In this document: positions 1 through 8,064 of the stretch, piece after piece
How the letters are laid out: every line of letters begins with the position of its first letter
Numbering within the stretch: the first letter of the stretch is position 1
NCBI GenBank assembly: GCA_016219325.1
Contig: JACRNH010000014.1
Span: 132 to 64,131 of the forward strand
Reading direction: 5' to 3'
Length of the DNA: 64,000 nucleotides
DNA from: Candidatus Collierbacteria bacterium
GTDB taxonomy: Bacteria > Patescibacteriota > Microgenomatia > UBA1400 > JACPES01
Notes under the pieces: model-generated
Seen by the model: only the letters and a program-made list of their open reading frames with translations
Database searches by the model: none
What the model was told of the DNA's origin: nothing
Position numbers and translations under genes: made by a program

Positions 1-264
1 AAAGTATTTAACGGTGGAACAACCGGGCAACAAAACGCAGTTAAAAAAGTTTGGGGGAAACTGAAGGCATCACGGAAAAATCTGGATGATGCTAAGCAAG
101 CCGTTATTGACAGCGGGTCATTAAAATATTCCAATGATTTGGCTAGGAGATATGCCTCCAAAGCCGCCAAAACAGCCTCCAAACTACGAAGCCTGAATTT
201 AAACGCCGAATCAATAGACTATATTCAGGGGATTGCCGAATATATGGTCAACCGTAAAGTTTAA
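1..264 (+). CDS. 3' end of a CDS that starts upstream of the window; hypothetical protein
   Basis: Frame is open from position 1 to TAA at 262-264 with no stop codons. Not in the ORF track because it has no start codon. Confidence 0.3.
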   Translation, partial: KVFNGGTTGQQNAVKKVWGKLKASRKNLDDAKQAVIDSGSLKYSNDLARRYASKAAKTASKLRSLNLNAESIDYIQGIAEYMVNRKV

Positions 265-270
265 CCTCAA

Positions 271-1902
271 ATGGAAAATTGGAATTGGACAAAACTTCTT
301 TTAATTTTTAGTTTTCTAATCTTTTTAGGATCGCTGCTTTTACGCCAAGAAACGGCAATAACGCAGGATTTGGGAAGACATTTAAGATTGGGAGAAATGA
401 TTACCGCCGATGGAGAAGCCGGAAAGTGCGCTCTTTATTCAAATTGCCTGACGTACACTTATCCTGATTATCCGTTTATAAATCATCACTGGGGATCGGA
501 AGTAATTTTCTATCTTGTCCATAAATGGTCAGGCTTTTCCGGAATTATTGTTTTTAAAACAATTATTCTGGGATTGACGTTTATAGTTACACTTCTCCAT
601 TCGCTAGAACTCAATAAAGGCCCGGCCTTTTTAAAAAGGCCGGGCCTTTTATGGCTAGCAATTGCTGTTAGTCTTGTTTTTTTCTCCGTCCAAATGATGG
701 CGGACAGGCTAACTACCCGCCCGGAAATTTTTGGATATTTCTTGTTTTCTATCTTATTCTGGATGCTGAATTCATCGTTTCCAAAACGTCTTTTATCATT
801 GTTTCTTGTTTTCTGCTCATTGCTCATTATTCTGTGGGTGAATTTACACATTTCGTTTGTGTTTGGATTGATACTTATCTGGATTTGGGCAGGGAGCCAA
901 TTATTAGCGTCATTGCGAGGGAGCGACAGCGACCGCGGCAATCTCGGAGATCGCCACGCCCCGCCGCGTCGAACGCGGCTGGGGCTCGCGATGACGGCAA
1001 CGGCGGCGGCGTCTACTATGGCAACTATTTTCAATCCTTCCGGACTCCGCGGAACGCTGATGCCGCTATCAATACTCAAAGACTACGGCTACACCATTGT
1101 GGAAAATATGAATCCTTTTTTCTTGACAGCATTTAAACCACAACCAGAATACTGGATATACATTATATTGTTGATAACGACTATTTTCTTATTTCTTTTT
1201 TCCTCCGCCAAAAAAAATCCTTTTCACCTGCTAACCTTTTTAACTTTTAGCCTTTTCCCTCTTATTGCCGTCCGCCACCTGCCATTTTTTGCGCTTGTAA
1301 TTTCACCTATCTTGGCCCCGTTACTCTTTAGCGTCTTAAAAGGCCCGGCCTTGCTTAGCAAGGCCGGGCCTTATGATGCCCATATTCCGATACTAACTAT
1401 TGGCTTCTTATTATTGACAGCATTTACCAATCCCATTCCTCTTGCCTACGCCAAACTCCCGCCGATAAATCTATCCACAGATTCCCGCCACGATCAGGCC
1501 ATCGAGTTTGTTAAACAAAATAATTTTCAGGGACCGATGTGGAATAACTACGACATCGGCAGTTTCCTGGAATGGGCGATTCCGGAACACAAGACTTTCG
1601 TTGACGGAAGACCTGAAGCATTCCCTGTTGGGTTTTTCAAAAAGACGTATATTCCGATGCAGGAATCGCAGAAAAAGTGGGACGAGGTAACCGCGGCAAA
1701 CGATATCCAGTGGGTGTTTGCGGCTCTGACAGACGCCACTCCGTGGTTTACCAAATGGTGGCAGATGATCCAAAATCATCAGGGTTGGAAGATTGTATAC
1801 ATTGATAATTACAGCACAATTCTGATCCGGACCAACGGCAAAAACAATTTAATTGAACCACAGGGAAAAGCTCGATTATTAAAAACCCTCAATTCGGATT
1901 GA
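271..1902 (+). CDS. Polytopic integral membrane protein (hypothetical). Carries two in-frame 33-34-nt palindromic inserts and a GC-rich insert.
   Basis: 543-aa ORF with many hydrophobic helices. Hairpin inserts at 616-649 and 1340-1372 and a GC-rich patch at about 897-1020 all lie in frame. Confidence 0.6.
   Translation: MENWNWTKLLLIFSFLIFLGSLLLRQETAITQDLGRHLRLGEMITADGEAGKCALYSNCLTYTYPDYPFINHHWGSEVIFYLVHKWSGFSGIIVFKTIILGLTFIVTLLHSLELNKGPAFLKRPGLLWLAIAVSLVFFSVQMMADRLTTRPEIFGYFLFSILFWMLNSSFPKRLLSLFLVFCSLLIILWVNLHISFVFGLILIWIWAGSQLLASLRGSDSDRGNLGDRHAPPRRTRLGLAMTATAAASTMATIFNPSGLRGTLMPLSILKDYGYTIVENMNPFFLTAFKPQPEYWIYIILLITTIFLFLFSSAKKNPFHLLTFLTFSLFPLIAVRHLPFFALVISPILAPLLFSVLKGPALLSKAGPYDAHIPILTIGFLLLTAFTNPIPLAYAKLPPINLSTDSRHDQAIEFVKQNNFQGPMWNNYDIGSFLEWAIPEHKTFVDGRPEAFPVGFFKKTYIPMQESQKKWDEVTAANDIQWVFAALTDATPWFTKWWQMIQNHQGWKIVYIDNYSTILIRTNGKNNLIEPQGKARLLKTLNSD
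616..649. repeat. Intragenic palindromic element, copy 1 (AAAGGCCCGGCCTTT-ttaa-AAAGGCCGGGCCTTT)
   Basis: Perfect 15-bp inverted repeat with a 4-nt spacer. Translated in-frame as KGPAFLKRPGLL. Confidence 0.8.
1340..1372. repeat. Intragenic palindromic element, copy 2 (AAGGCCCGGCCTTGC-tta-GCAAGGCCGGGCCTT)
   Basis: Perfect 15-bp stem with a 3-nt loop. 33 nt, in-frame (KGPALLSKAGP). Confidence 0.8.
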
Positions 1903-1937
1903 CAACCGGTCGGGTTTCAGTTAACCTAGGTGATATT

Positions 1938-2651
1938 ATGCCGGAATCGTCCAACAATAAAAATATTTTAATCGCCCTCCTGGCTGTTGCTGCTTTTTTA
2001 ATCGGATCGCTGTTTACCGAAGTCCGTTATTTAAAAAAATCCGGAAACCAAAATTCTCAAGTTGCCAACACCATCCCGGTTGCTGCTGAAGACAACATTT
2101 CTCCCCAACCGCTTTCTGACTCCGATCATGTTTTAGGAGACCGGAATTCCAGACTGCTATTTATAGAATATTCTGACCTCGAATGCCCGTTTTGCAAACA
2201 ATTCCATCCGACTACCAAACAAATACTAGAGGAATATAAAAATAACCTAGCTCTTGTTTATAGACATTTTCCGCTAGATATTCATCCCAAGGCCAGGAAA
2301 GAAGCCGAGGCGACCGAATGCGCCCGGGATTTGGGCAGTCCTTCTGATTTTTGGAAATTTGTCGATAAAATTTTTGAAGTTACACCGTCCAACAACGGCT
2401 TAAATCCTGACGAACTACCGAAACTTGCTGTCCAAATCGGCCTGAATGAAAATAAATTTAAAGATTGTTTGGCAAGCGGAAAATTCACCCAAAAAATCGC
2501 TGATGATTACGATCAGGGAATTAAAGCCGGAGTTGGCGTCACCCCCAGCAGTGTAATTGTCGATACTAAAACCGGCAAAAGCAAAACCATAACCGGGGCT
2601 GTCCGCCCGGAACAAATTAAGTCCGTTATTGACGCCATGCTGAAGGAATAA
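1938..2651 (+). CDS. DsbA-family thiol:disulfide oxidoreductase (thioredoxin fold), membrane-anchored
   Basis: CPFC active-site motif (SDLECPFCKQFHP) and an N-terminal hydrophobic anchor. AGGTGA lies 8 nt upstream of ATG 1938. The ORF track starts at TTG 1899, overlapping the previous stop. Confidence 0.75.
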   Translation: MPESSNNKNILIALLAVAAFLIGSLFTEVRYLKKSGNQNSQVANTIPVAAEDNISPQPLSDSDHVLGDRNSRLLFIEYSDLECPFCKQFHPTTKQILEEYKNNLALVYRHFPLDIHPKARKEAEATECARDLGSPSDFWKFVDKIFEVTPSNNGLNPDELPKLAVQIGLNENKFKDCLASGKFTQKIADDYDQGIKAGVGVTPSSVIVDTKTGKSKTITGAVRPEQIKSVIDAMLKE

Positions 2652-3305
2652 ATGAATAGACTTCTGAAGACGATCGGTTTTATTCTTCTGCTTGTTGTAA
2701 TCTCCGCCGGCGGAATATTTATCCTGACCCGGAAACCGAAAGCGGTTGAAGGGATAGAAACATTTCCCAGTCAGGGCCGCAATCACGTCCCTGCCGGAAC
2801 TATCGGAGAATATAACAGCAATCCGCCTACTTCGGGACCGCACTACACCCAATGGGAAAAACCGGGAATATACAATAAGGTTCTTCCGGACGGAAACTTA
2901 ATTCACTCGTTGGAACACGGATATGTGATAATTTCGTACGATTGTACGAAATTATCAAACTCAAAACTCAAAACTCAAAGTTCAAAATTTTGGAAGGTTT
3001 TTGCGCATGAAACGGAAGAGATCCATGAAGAACCTCCGGCCACAGATAGCGCTGATGTCAAACCAGATAATATTTCCGGATGGAAAGATAGTCCTGATTG
3101 CCAAAAATTGGTTGATCAGATAAAACAAGTTACCAAGAAAACCGGCATGGACAGGCTGATCGTAGTTCCCAGGCCAAATCTTGATGTCCCAATAGCTATG
3201 ACGTCCTGGACAAAATTGTTGAAACTGAACGACGTCAACGAAGACAAAATTATTAATTTCGTTAAAGAATTCCGGAACAAAGGTCCTGAAAAAACCATGG
3301 AATGA
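2652..3305 (+). CDS. DUF3105 family protein, membrane-anchored
   Basis: PPTSGPH and HSLEHGYVIISY motifs with an N-terminal TM. Contains a heptamer tandem repeat at 2957-2988. Confidence 0.6.
   Translation: MNRLLKTIGFILLLVVISAGGIFILTRKPKAVEGIETFPSQGRNHVPAGTIGEYNSNPPTSGPHYTQWEKPGIYNKVLPDGNLIHSLEHGYVIISYDCTKLSNSKLKTQSSKFWKVFAHETEEIHEEPPATDSADVKPDNISGWKDSPDCQKLVDQIKQVTKKTGMDRLIVVPRPNLDVPIAMTSWTKLLKLNDVNEDKIINFVKEFRNKGPEKTME
2957..2988 (+). repeat. Heptanucleotide tandem repeat (AAACTCA x3 plus a variant) inside a CDS
   Basis: caaactcaaaactcaaaactcaaagttcaaaa, encoding SNSKLKTQSSKF. Confidence 0.75.
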
Positions 3306-3327
3306 CAGGCTTTTTTTCAGGGCGAAT

Positions 3328-3621
3328 TTATCCCAATTCTTTTTCCAGTTTGGAAATCTTAAGCATTCTAAGGATATTCCCGATTAAGACGAAAAGGGAG
3401 AATCCAACTCCGATTGCCAACAACACCAAAGGCAAGTTGGCCGGAATATTCGGCAGGAATTGGTAAAGGACCGGATAAAACATCAGGGCCATAAACACTA
3501 CAAGGATTACCAAAATTGCTTCCAAAGAATAAATAATCTTCTCTAGCCTCAACTGCTGAATCCTAAATTCAAGATTTGGTTTAACCTTAACCGCCGGAGT
3601 TGTAACTGTTTTTCTTGGCAC
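3328..3621 (-). CDS. Small membrane protein (hypothetical), last gene of the metal operon
   Basis: 97 aa with two hydrophobic helices, lying downstream of the ATPase on the same strand. Confidence 0.45.
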   Translation of the reverse strand: MPRKTVTTPAVKVKPNLEFRIQQLRLEKIIYSLEAILVILVVFMALMFYPVLYQFLPNIPANLPLVLLAIGVGFSLFVLIGNILRMLKISKLEKELG

Positions 3622-3671
3622 GAAAATTATTATATATCAAAAAAATCTGCATGCAATAGGAAAAATTAATT

Positions 3672-5771
3672 TTAGACCTCAAGCTTGACTTTTTTTAAGG
3701 CCATGGCGTTAATTACCACAATCACTGAAGACAGACTCATCAAAAACGCCCCTATTCCCGGTGTAAGTTGAAAGCCAAGCGGGATAAATAAGCCTGCAGC
3801 GGCCGGAATCGCCAAAACGTTATAGCCGGTAGCCCACAGTAAGTTTTCTATCATTTTCCGGTAGACTTTTCTGGAAAGGATAACCAGCCTGGCCACGTCC
3901 TCCGGATTGCTGCGGGTTAAAACTACGTCTCCTGATTCAACCGCGACGTCAGTCCCGGCCCCAATCGCCACTCCGGCATTGGCCTGTTTCAAGGCCGGGG
4001 CGTCATTAACGCCGTCTCCCACCATAATGACTATCTCGCCTTTATCCTGAAGGCTCTTAACATATTTATATTTATCGGCCGGTAAGACTTCAGCAAAAAC
4101 TGTATCCATCTCCAGCTCTTTACCCACGTCTTCTGCCACTTGGTGGTTATCTCCGGTAACCATGGCTGCTTTGACCCCTAATCGGTGCAAGCTTTTTATG
4201 GCAGATATTGATTCGGGCTTGATTTGATCGGACAAAGAGATTGTCCCCAAAATTTGTTTCCCGTCGGCAACAAATACTGTCGTTCCCCCACCGTCTTCTC
4301 CATTTACCGAAAGCCCTTTTTCTTTCATTAATCTGAAATTGCCAATCGTATATTTAATTTTCCCAACAGTGCCCTCTATTCCTTTCCCAGCCAAATTTTT
4401 AAAATTGACAACGGACTGAAGAGATACGCCTTTTTGTTTGGCATATTTGACGATTGACAGGCCGATAACGTGAGAGGAATGGACTTCTAGGGAGGCTGCT
4501 ATTTCAATTAAGGCCTGGCCTTGCAAAGCAAGGCCAGGCCTTTTAAGACTTACGATTTTAGTCACCCCGAACTCCCCCTTCGTCAATGTTCCGGTCTTGT
4601 CAAAAATCACATAAGTAGCTTTTTTAATTACCTCTAATTTTCCTAAATCTTTCAGAAAAACGCCGTTTTTAACGGCTAAAGTTGTGGCAATAGTTGAGAC
4701 AGTTGGGATAGCCAAGCCTAAAGCATGCGGACAGGCAATTACCAAAACCGTAATCGCCAAAGTCATGGCAAAAACAAACGGCTGTCCGGCTACCGCCGAC
4801 CAAAAGAACAAAGAAAATAATCCGACCGTCAAGGCGGTAAGGGTCAAAATTCCGGCGGCCTTGTCGGCGATCTTTTGGGCGGTAGGCTTGGTTTTTTGGG
4901 CTTGAGCGATAAGGTTTTTAATCTGGCCTATAGTTGAATTTTCTCCGACTTTATCCAACTTGACTTCCACCGAACCATCAAGACAAATAGCTCCGGCTAT
5001 CGCTCTATCGCCGGTTTTTTTGGATACCGGCCGTGATTCGCCGCTGATATGAGATTCATTAAAGTTGACCGCGCCCTTAATGATTATTCCGTCGGCCGGG
5101 ACTTTCTCCCCAGGCTTGACCAATACTACGTCCCCCTCTTTCAACTCTTCAATATCTATATCTTCTGTTAATTCTGAATTCTGAATTCTGAATTCTGAAT
5201 TAATTATGCGGTGGGCCTGTTTCGGCAACAACTTTGCCACTTCTTTCAGAGCATCGCCGGCTGCAGTAGAAGATTTAGCTTCTAAGAAATGGCCGAATAA
5301 CAACACCCAAATCAGAGTAGATATTTCCAGATAAAATTCGGTTTTAATCGCCGGAATAAATGTTGAAGCGGCGGAAAATAAGTACCCTGAACCGACGGCC
5401 AATGATACTAAAGTCATCATCCCGTATTTCTTAGCCATCCATTCATGGCGGGCATGCTGGAAGAAAATCAGGCTGAAGTAGAAAATGACGGTGGCAGCTG
5501 CAAATTCTAAATAGTTCCGACCGGCGAAATCCGGCATTCCCAGAAACCTAATACCCAGTTTGCTGGTTATCAACAACGGAACCAATAACAAAGTGACGAT
5601 TAAAAATCGTCTCAAAAAATCTCCGGCGGCTTGCGGCCCGGCCATCATGGCGGCGTGATCATGAGATTCATTAGCCTCATGCTGCGGAACTAAATCCATT
5701 CCCCCGCACTTGGGACATTTTCCGGGATGATCCTGTTTAATCTCGGGGTGCATGGGACATGTATAAATCAT
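3672..5771 (-). CDS. copB: Heavy-metal translocating P1B-type ATPase with CPH motif (CopB-like) and an N-terminal CPMHPE...CPKCGM metal-binding domain
   Basis: DKTGTLT, GDGVNDAPAL and CPH (VIACPHALGLAIP) motifs are present. The N-terminus reads TCPMHPEI...GKCPKCGM. Eight TM-like segments. Confidence 0.9.
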   Translation of the reverse strand: MIYTCPMHPEIKQDHPGKCPKCGGMDLVPQHEANESHDHAAMMAGPQAAGDFLRRFLIVTLLLVPLLITSKLGIRFLGMPDFAGRNYLEFAAATVIFYFSLIFFQHARHEWMAKKYGMMTLVSLAVGSGYLFSAASTFIPAIKTEFYLEISTLIWVLLFGHFLEAKSSTAAGDALKEVAKLLPKQAHRIINSEFRIQNSELTEDIDIEELKEGDVVLVKPGEKVPADGIIIKGAVNFNESHISGESRPVSKKTGDRAIAGAICLDGSVEVKLDKVGENSTIGQIKNLIAQAQKTKPTAQKIADKAAGILTLTALTVGLFSLFFWSAVAGQPFVFAMTLAITVLVIACPHALGLAIPTVSTIATTLAVKNGVFLKDLGKLEVIKKATYVIFDKTGTLTKGEFGVTKIVSLKRPGLALQGQALIEIAASLEVHSSHVIGLSIVKYAKQKGVSLQSVVNFKNLAGKGIEGTVGKIKYTIGNFRLMKEKGLSVNGEDGGGTTVFVADGKQILGTISLSDQIKPESISAIKSLHRLGVKAAMVTGDNHQVAEDVGKELEMDTVFAEVLPADKYKYVKSLQDKGEIVIMVGDGVNDAPALKQANAGVAIGAGTDVAVESGDVVLTRSNPEDVARLVILSRKVYRKMIENLLWATGYNVLAIPAAAGLFIPLGFQLTPGIGAFLMSLSSVIVVINAMALKKVKLEV
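4510..4542. repeat. Intragenic palindromic element, copy 3 (AAGGCCTGGCCTTGC-aaa-GCAAGGCCAGGCCTT) within copB
   Basis: Perfect 15-bp stem with a 3-nt loop. 33 nt, in frame (LKRPGLALQGQAL on the minus strand). Confidence 0.8.
5171..5203 (-). repeat. Heptanucleotide tandem repeat (GAATTCT x about 4.4) in-frame within copB
   Basis: attctgaattctgaattctgaattctgaatt on the plus strand; the gene strand encodes INSEFRIQNSE. Confidence 0.85.
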
Positions 5772-6610
5772 TTTTTCCCTATCTTAAATAGTTTGACAGC
5801 TAATAAAATCATTATAATCAGAAAGATAAAATTAAGACCGGGGATTTCTTCGGCAACAGCCGATACCCCGAAGGCCACGTTTTGAATTAATTTAGTGGAT
5901 TCTGATTGACCGGAATCCATTCCCAACAATCCCAGCCTTGTCATAGAAATAGTTGCCAAACCGGTGATTAAAAAAACCGCTGACGCGACTATATTAGACA
6001 CTAACAAATCATATTTCTTACCGAATATATTTATTTCCCCGATTGACTTTCTCATGAGAGGCCGGTCAAGAATATTACGGCTGTCAATAAATGCCGATGC
6101 CAAATAAAGCGGGGCGACCATTCCCAAAACATAAAATGTTCCGACTCCCAAAGACATTAAAATTGTCGGTGATAAAGTCGATAAAGCCATCACTCCGATC
6201 AGTACCGGCGCGCAACACGAGCTGGTAATACCGGAAAAAACTCCCAAGGTGAAGCTGGACCAGACATCAACTTTTCCGGTGTTTTTACGTTGTAAATTAA
6301 TCATCGGCAATTTAATCCCCAACAAAGCAAAGATTGCCAAAATTAATAAAAAAATTCCCCCGAGATAATAAGTTTGGTCATGGAGCCGGAAAAATAACAT
6401 TGATAAGGCTTTGGCTCCCAAAACTACCGGCAACATGATGGAAAAAATTCCCAAGGAATAAATAAATGTCATCAACAGGACCTGTTTTTTCTCTCGGAAA
6501 ATATTTCCGAAATACGACGGCAACAGATAGGTAATACAGCAAGGAGCAAAAAGGGCTACCGATCCGGCAATAAAAGCAGCCAAAAATGAAATTGAGGTAT
6601 ACGCGTCCAT
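5768..6610 (-). CDS. DsbD/CcdA-family integral membrane protein with doubled (vicinal) cysteines
   Basis: FAPCCITYLLP and SSCCAPVLIG sit in positions equivalent to the two conserved Cys of the DsbD transmembrane domain. 4-bp overlap with copB. Confidence 0.6.
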   Translation of the reverse strand: MDAYTSISFLAAFIAGSVALFAPCCITYLLPSYFGNIFREKKQVLLMTFIYSLGIFSIMLPVVLGAKALSMLFFRLHDQTYYLGGIFLLILAIFALLGIKLPMINLQRKNTGKVDVWSSFTLGVFSGITSSCCAPVLIGVMALSTLSPTILMSLGVGTFYVLGMVAPLYLASAFIDSRNILDRPLMRKSIGEINIFGKKYDLLVSNIVASAVFLITGLATISMTRLGLLGMDSGQSESTKLIQNVAFGVSAVAEEIPGLNFIFLIIMILLAVKLFKIGKK

Positions 6611-7576
6611 TTAAGCCCCACAGCTCCCGCCGCGGCTTTGAATCCCCGGGACTCCCTGAATGGCTTGGTTTATCCGGGCGGCGCCCTGGGCGGAAGAATA
6701 ATCTTTGGATAGGGCCACCCGGGGATCGACTTTATCCCAACTTATTCCCTGCTGTTTTTGGAAGTAAACCGCCATTTCAACATATGTATCGGGAAACCAG
6801 AAAGAATTGAGAGCCAGAATGTCTTTATAAATTTGTTTTTCCGAAAGCCCGGCGGAAACAGCAAGTTCAATATAGGCGAGGGCGGCCATGCCGTGGTTGC
6901 AGTCGGGAAAAGCGGTGGCGTTGCCGCAGCAGGGACGGTAAACATTTTCGGCAATTTTTTTGACCATTTCCTGCTGTTGCGGAGTCAAAGGAATAATCTC
7001 TTGACTGCTATAAAGCTCAACCGCGGTTTTTTTACCCAGAGTCCAGCCGCCGGTGGAAGCGAAATTGCCCAATTTGGAGCGGTCGGAAACCATCGGGCCC
7101 TCGTCGAGAACTTTACTTTTGTTGATTAAACCCAGAGCCCATAACAAATTGACTACCAGGCGGGAATTGTTTTCGTTGATAGCGATAGGTTTATTGGAAT
7201 TACCGTTAAGAATGTCAAGATCCGCCCGACCGTCGATATCTGATTTATGGATTTGTTTAAACTTTTCAGCATCAATGGCGCCGGAGTCGACCAGTTTTTT
7301 ACCGATATCTCCCCATTTTAGCGAAGTGACATATCCGCCGGAAGGCAATACTTGAGCGGTGGCTTCTTTGACCAAAAGTTCGGGATTCTTAATTTCCGTC
7401 AGTTGCCGCCGCAGCCGATTTACTTGGCGTCTCATGATCATTTGGTCGGTCAACGCTCCCAACGCTAAAGAATCAATCGTAAATATAATTACCAACCATA
7501 GAGGAACCAATTTCTTAAAAAACTTTATCAGGCGGCCTTGTTTTCTTTTAAATAAAATTTGTTTTAATGTTTTCAT
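6611..7576 (-). CDS. Exported or membrane-anchored Cys-rich protein (hypothetical)
   Basis: N-terminal TM segment, an RPCCGNATAFPDCNHG motif and a C-terminal GGSCGA. Confidence 0.5.
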   Translation of the reverse strand: MKTLKQILFKRKQGRLIKFFKKLVPLWLVIIFTIDSLALGALTDQMIMRRQVNRLRRQLTEIKNPELLVKEATAQVLPSGGYVTSLKWGDIGKKLVDSGAIDAEKFKQIHKSDIDGRADLDILNGNSNKPIAINENNSRLVVNLLWALGLINKSKVLDEGPMVSDRSKLGNFASTGGWTLGKKTAVELYSSQEIIPLTPQQQEMVKKIAENVYRPCCGNATAFPDCNHGMAALAYIELAVSAGLSEKQIYKDILALNSFWFPDTYVEMAVYFQKQQGISWDKVDPRVALSKDYSSAQGAARINQAIQGVPGIQSRGGSCGA

Positions 7577-8064
7577 TTCACAACACTTCCTTTCAGTGTA
7601 AATTCCAGTTTAGGATTATTTTTATCATTGGTTTCAACTTCAATTTGCCTAGTCATCGCGCCTACGCCGGAAGGTCCGTGAAAAGCCGGATCAAATACTA
7701 TTTTCAACTCTGCTTCTTTTCCGGCCGGCACTTCTCCGATCCAAGACGATTTTTGATGCATCCCGAAAAAGGGACTTCCCTTTCCATCGATTATGACTTG
7801 CGCCGTAGTACACATGCAAGAGGTGGAAACGCCGGAAAGTTTTAAGGGTCCAACACCAATATTTTTGATCAAAAACACTTTCTCCGCGTTTCCGCCATTG
7901 ATTTTAATTTCTCCCCAATCGTGATTAGTTTCCCCAACTTCAACCTTAGACTGATCAGATTTTTCCACCGCAACCCCAACCGGCTTTGACAACAACCACG
8001 CCCCCGTTCCCAAAATGGCAAAAGTGATTATCCCTATAACTATAAATACTGTTTTATGTTTCAT
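7573..8064 (-). CDS. DUF1573 domain protein
   Basis: N-terminal TM, HDWGEI, and the CMCTT motif typical of DUF1573. Confidence 0.6.
   Translation of the reverse strand: MKHKTVFIVIGIITFAILGTGAWLLSKPVGVAVEKSDQSKVEVGETNHDWGEIKINGGNAEKVFLIKNIGVGPLKLSGVSTSCMCTTAQVIIDGKGSPFFGMHQKSSWIGEVPAGKEAELKIVFDPAFHGPSGVGAMTRQIEVETNDKNNPKLEFTLKGSVVK

Noticed and set aside
510-1136. ORFs 510-1079 (-) and 834-1136 (+) overlapping the membrane-protein gene
   Set aside because: They are antisense or alternate-frame ORFs driven by the GC-rich insert. Their products are low-complexity (RRGGAWRSPRLPRS...). The 543-aa membrane-protein frame is the coherent one.
4684-4905. A 73-aa + strand ORF inside copB
   Set aside because: It lies fully inside a high-confidence P-type ATPase gene on the opposite strand and has no independent signal.
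5171-5203. Heptamer arrays as sequencing-adapter or assembly artefacts
   Set aside because: They occur at three or four loci. All are in frame and in the stop-free orientation, and all lie within continuous, well-conserved coding context on both sides. This cannot be excluded without reads.
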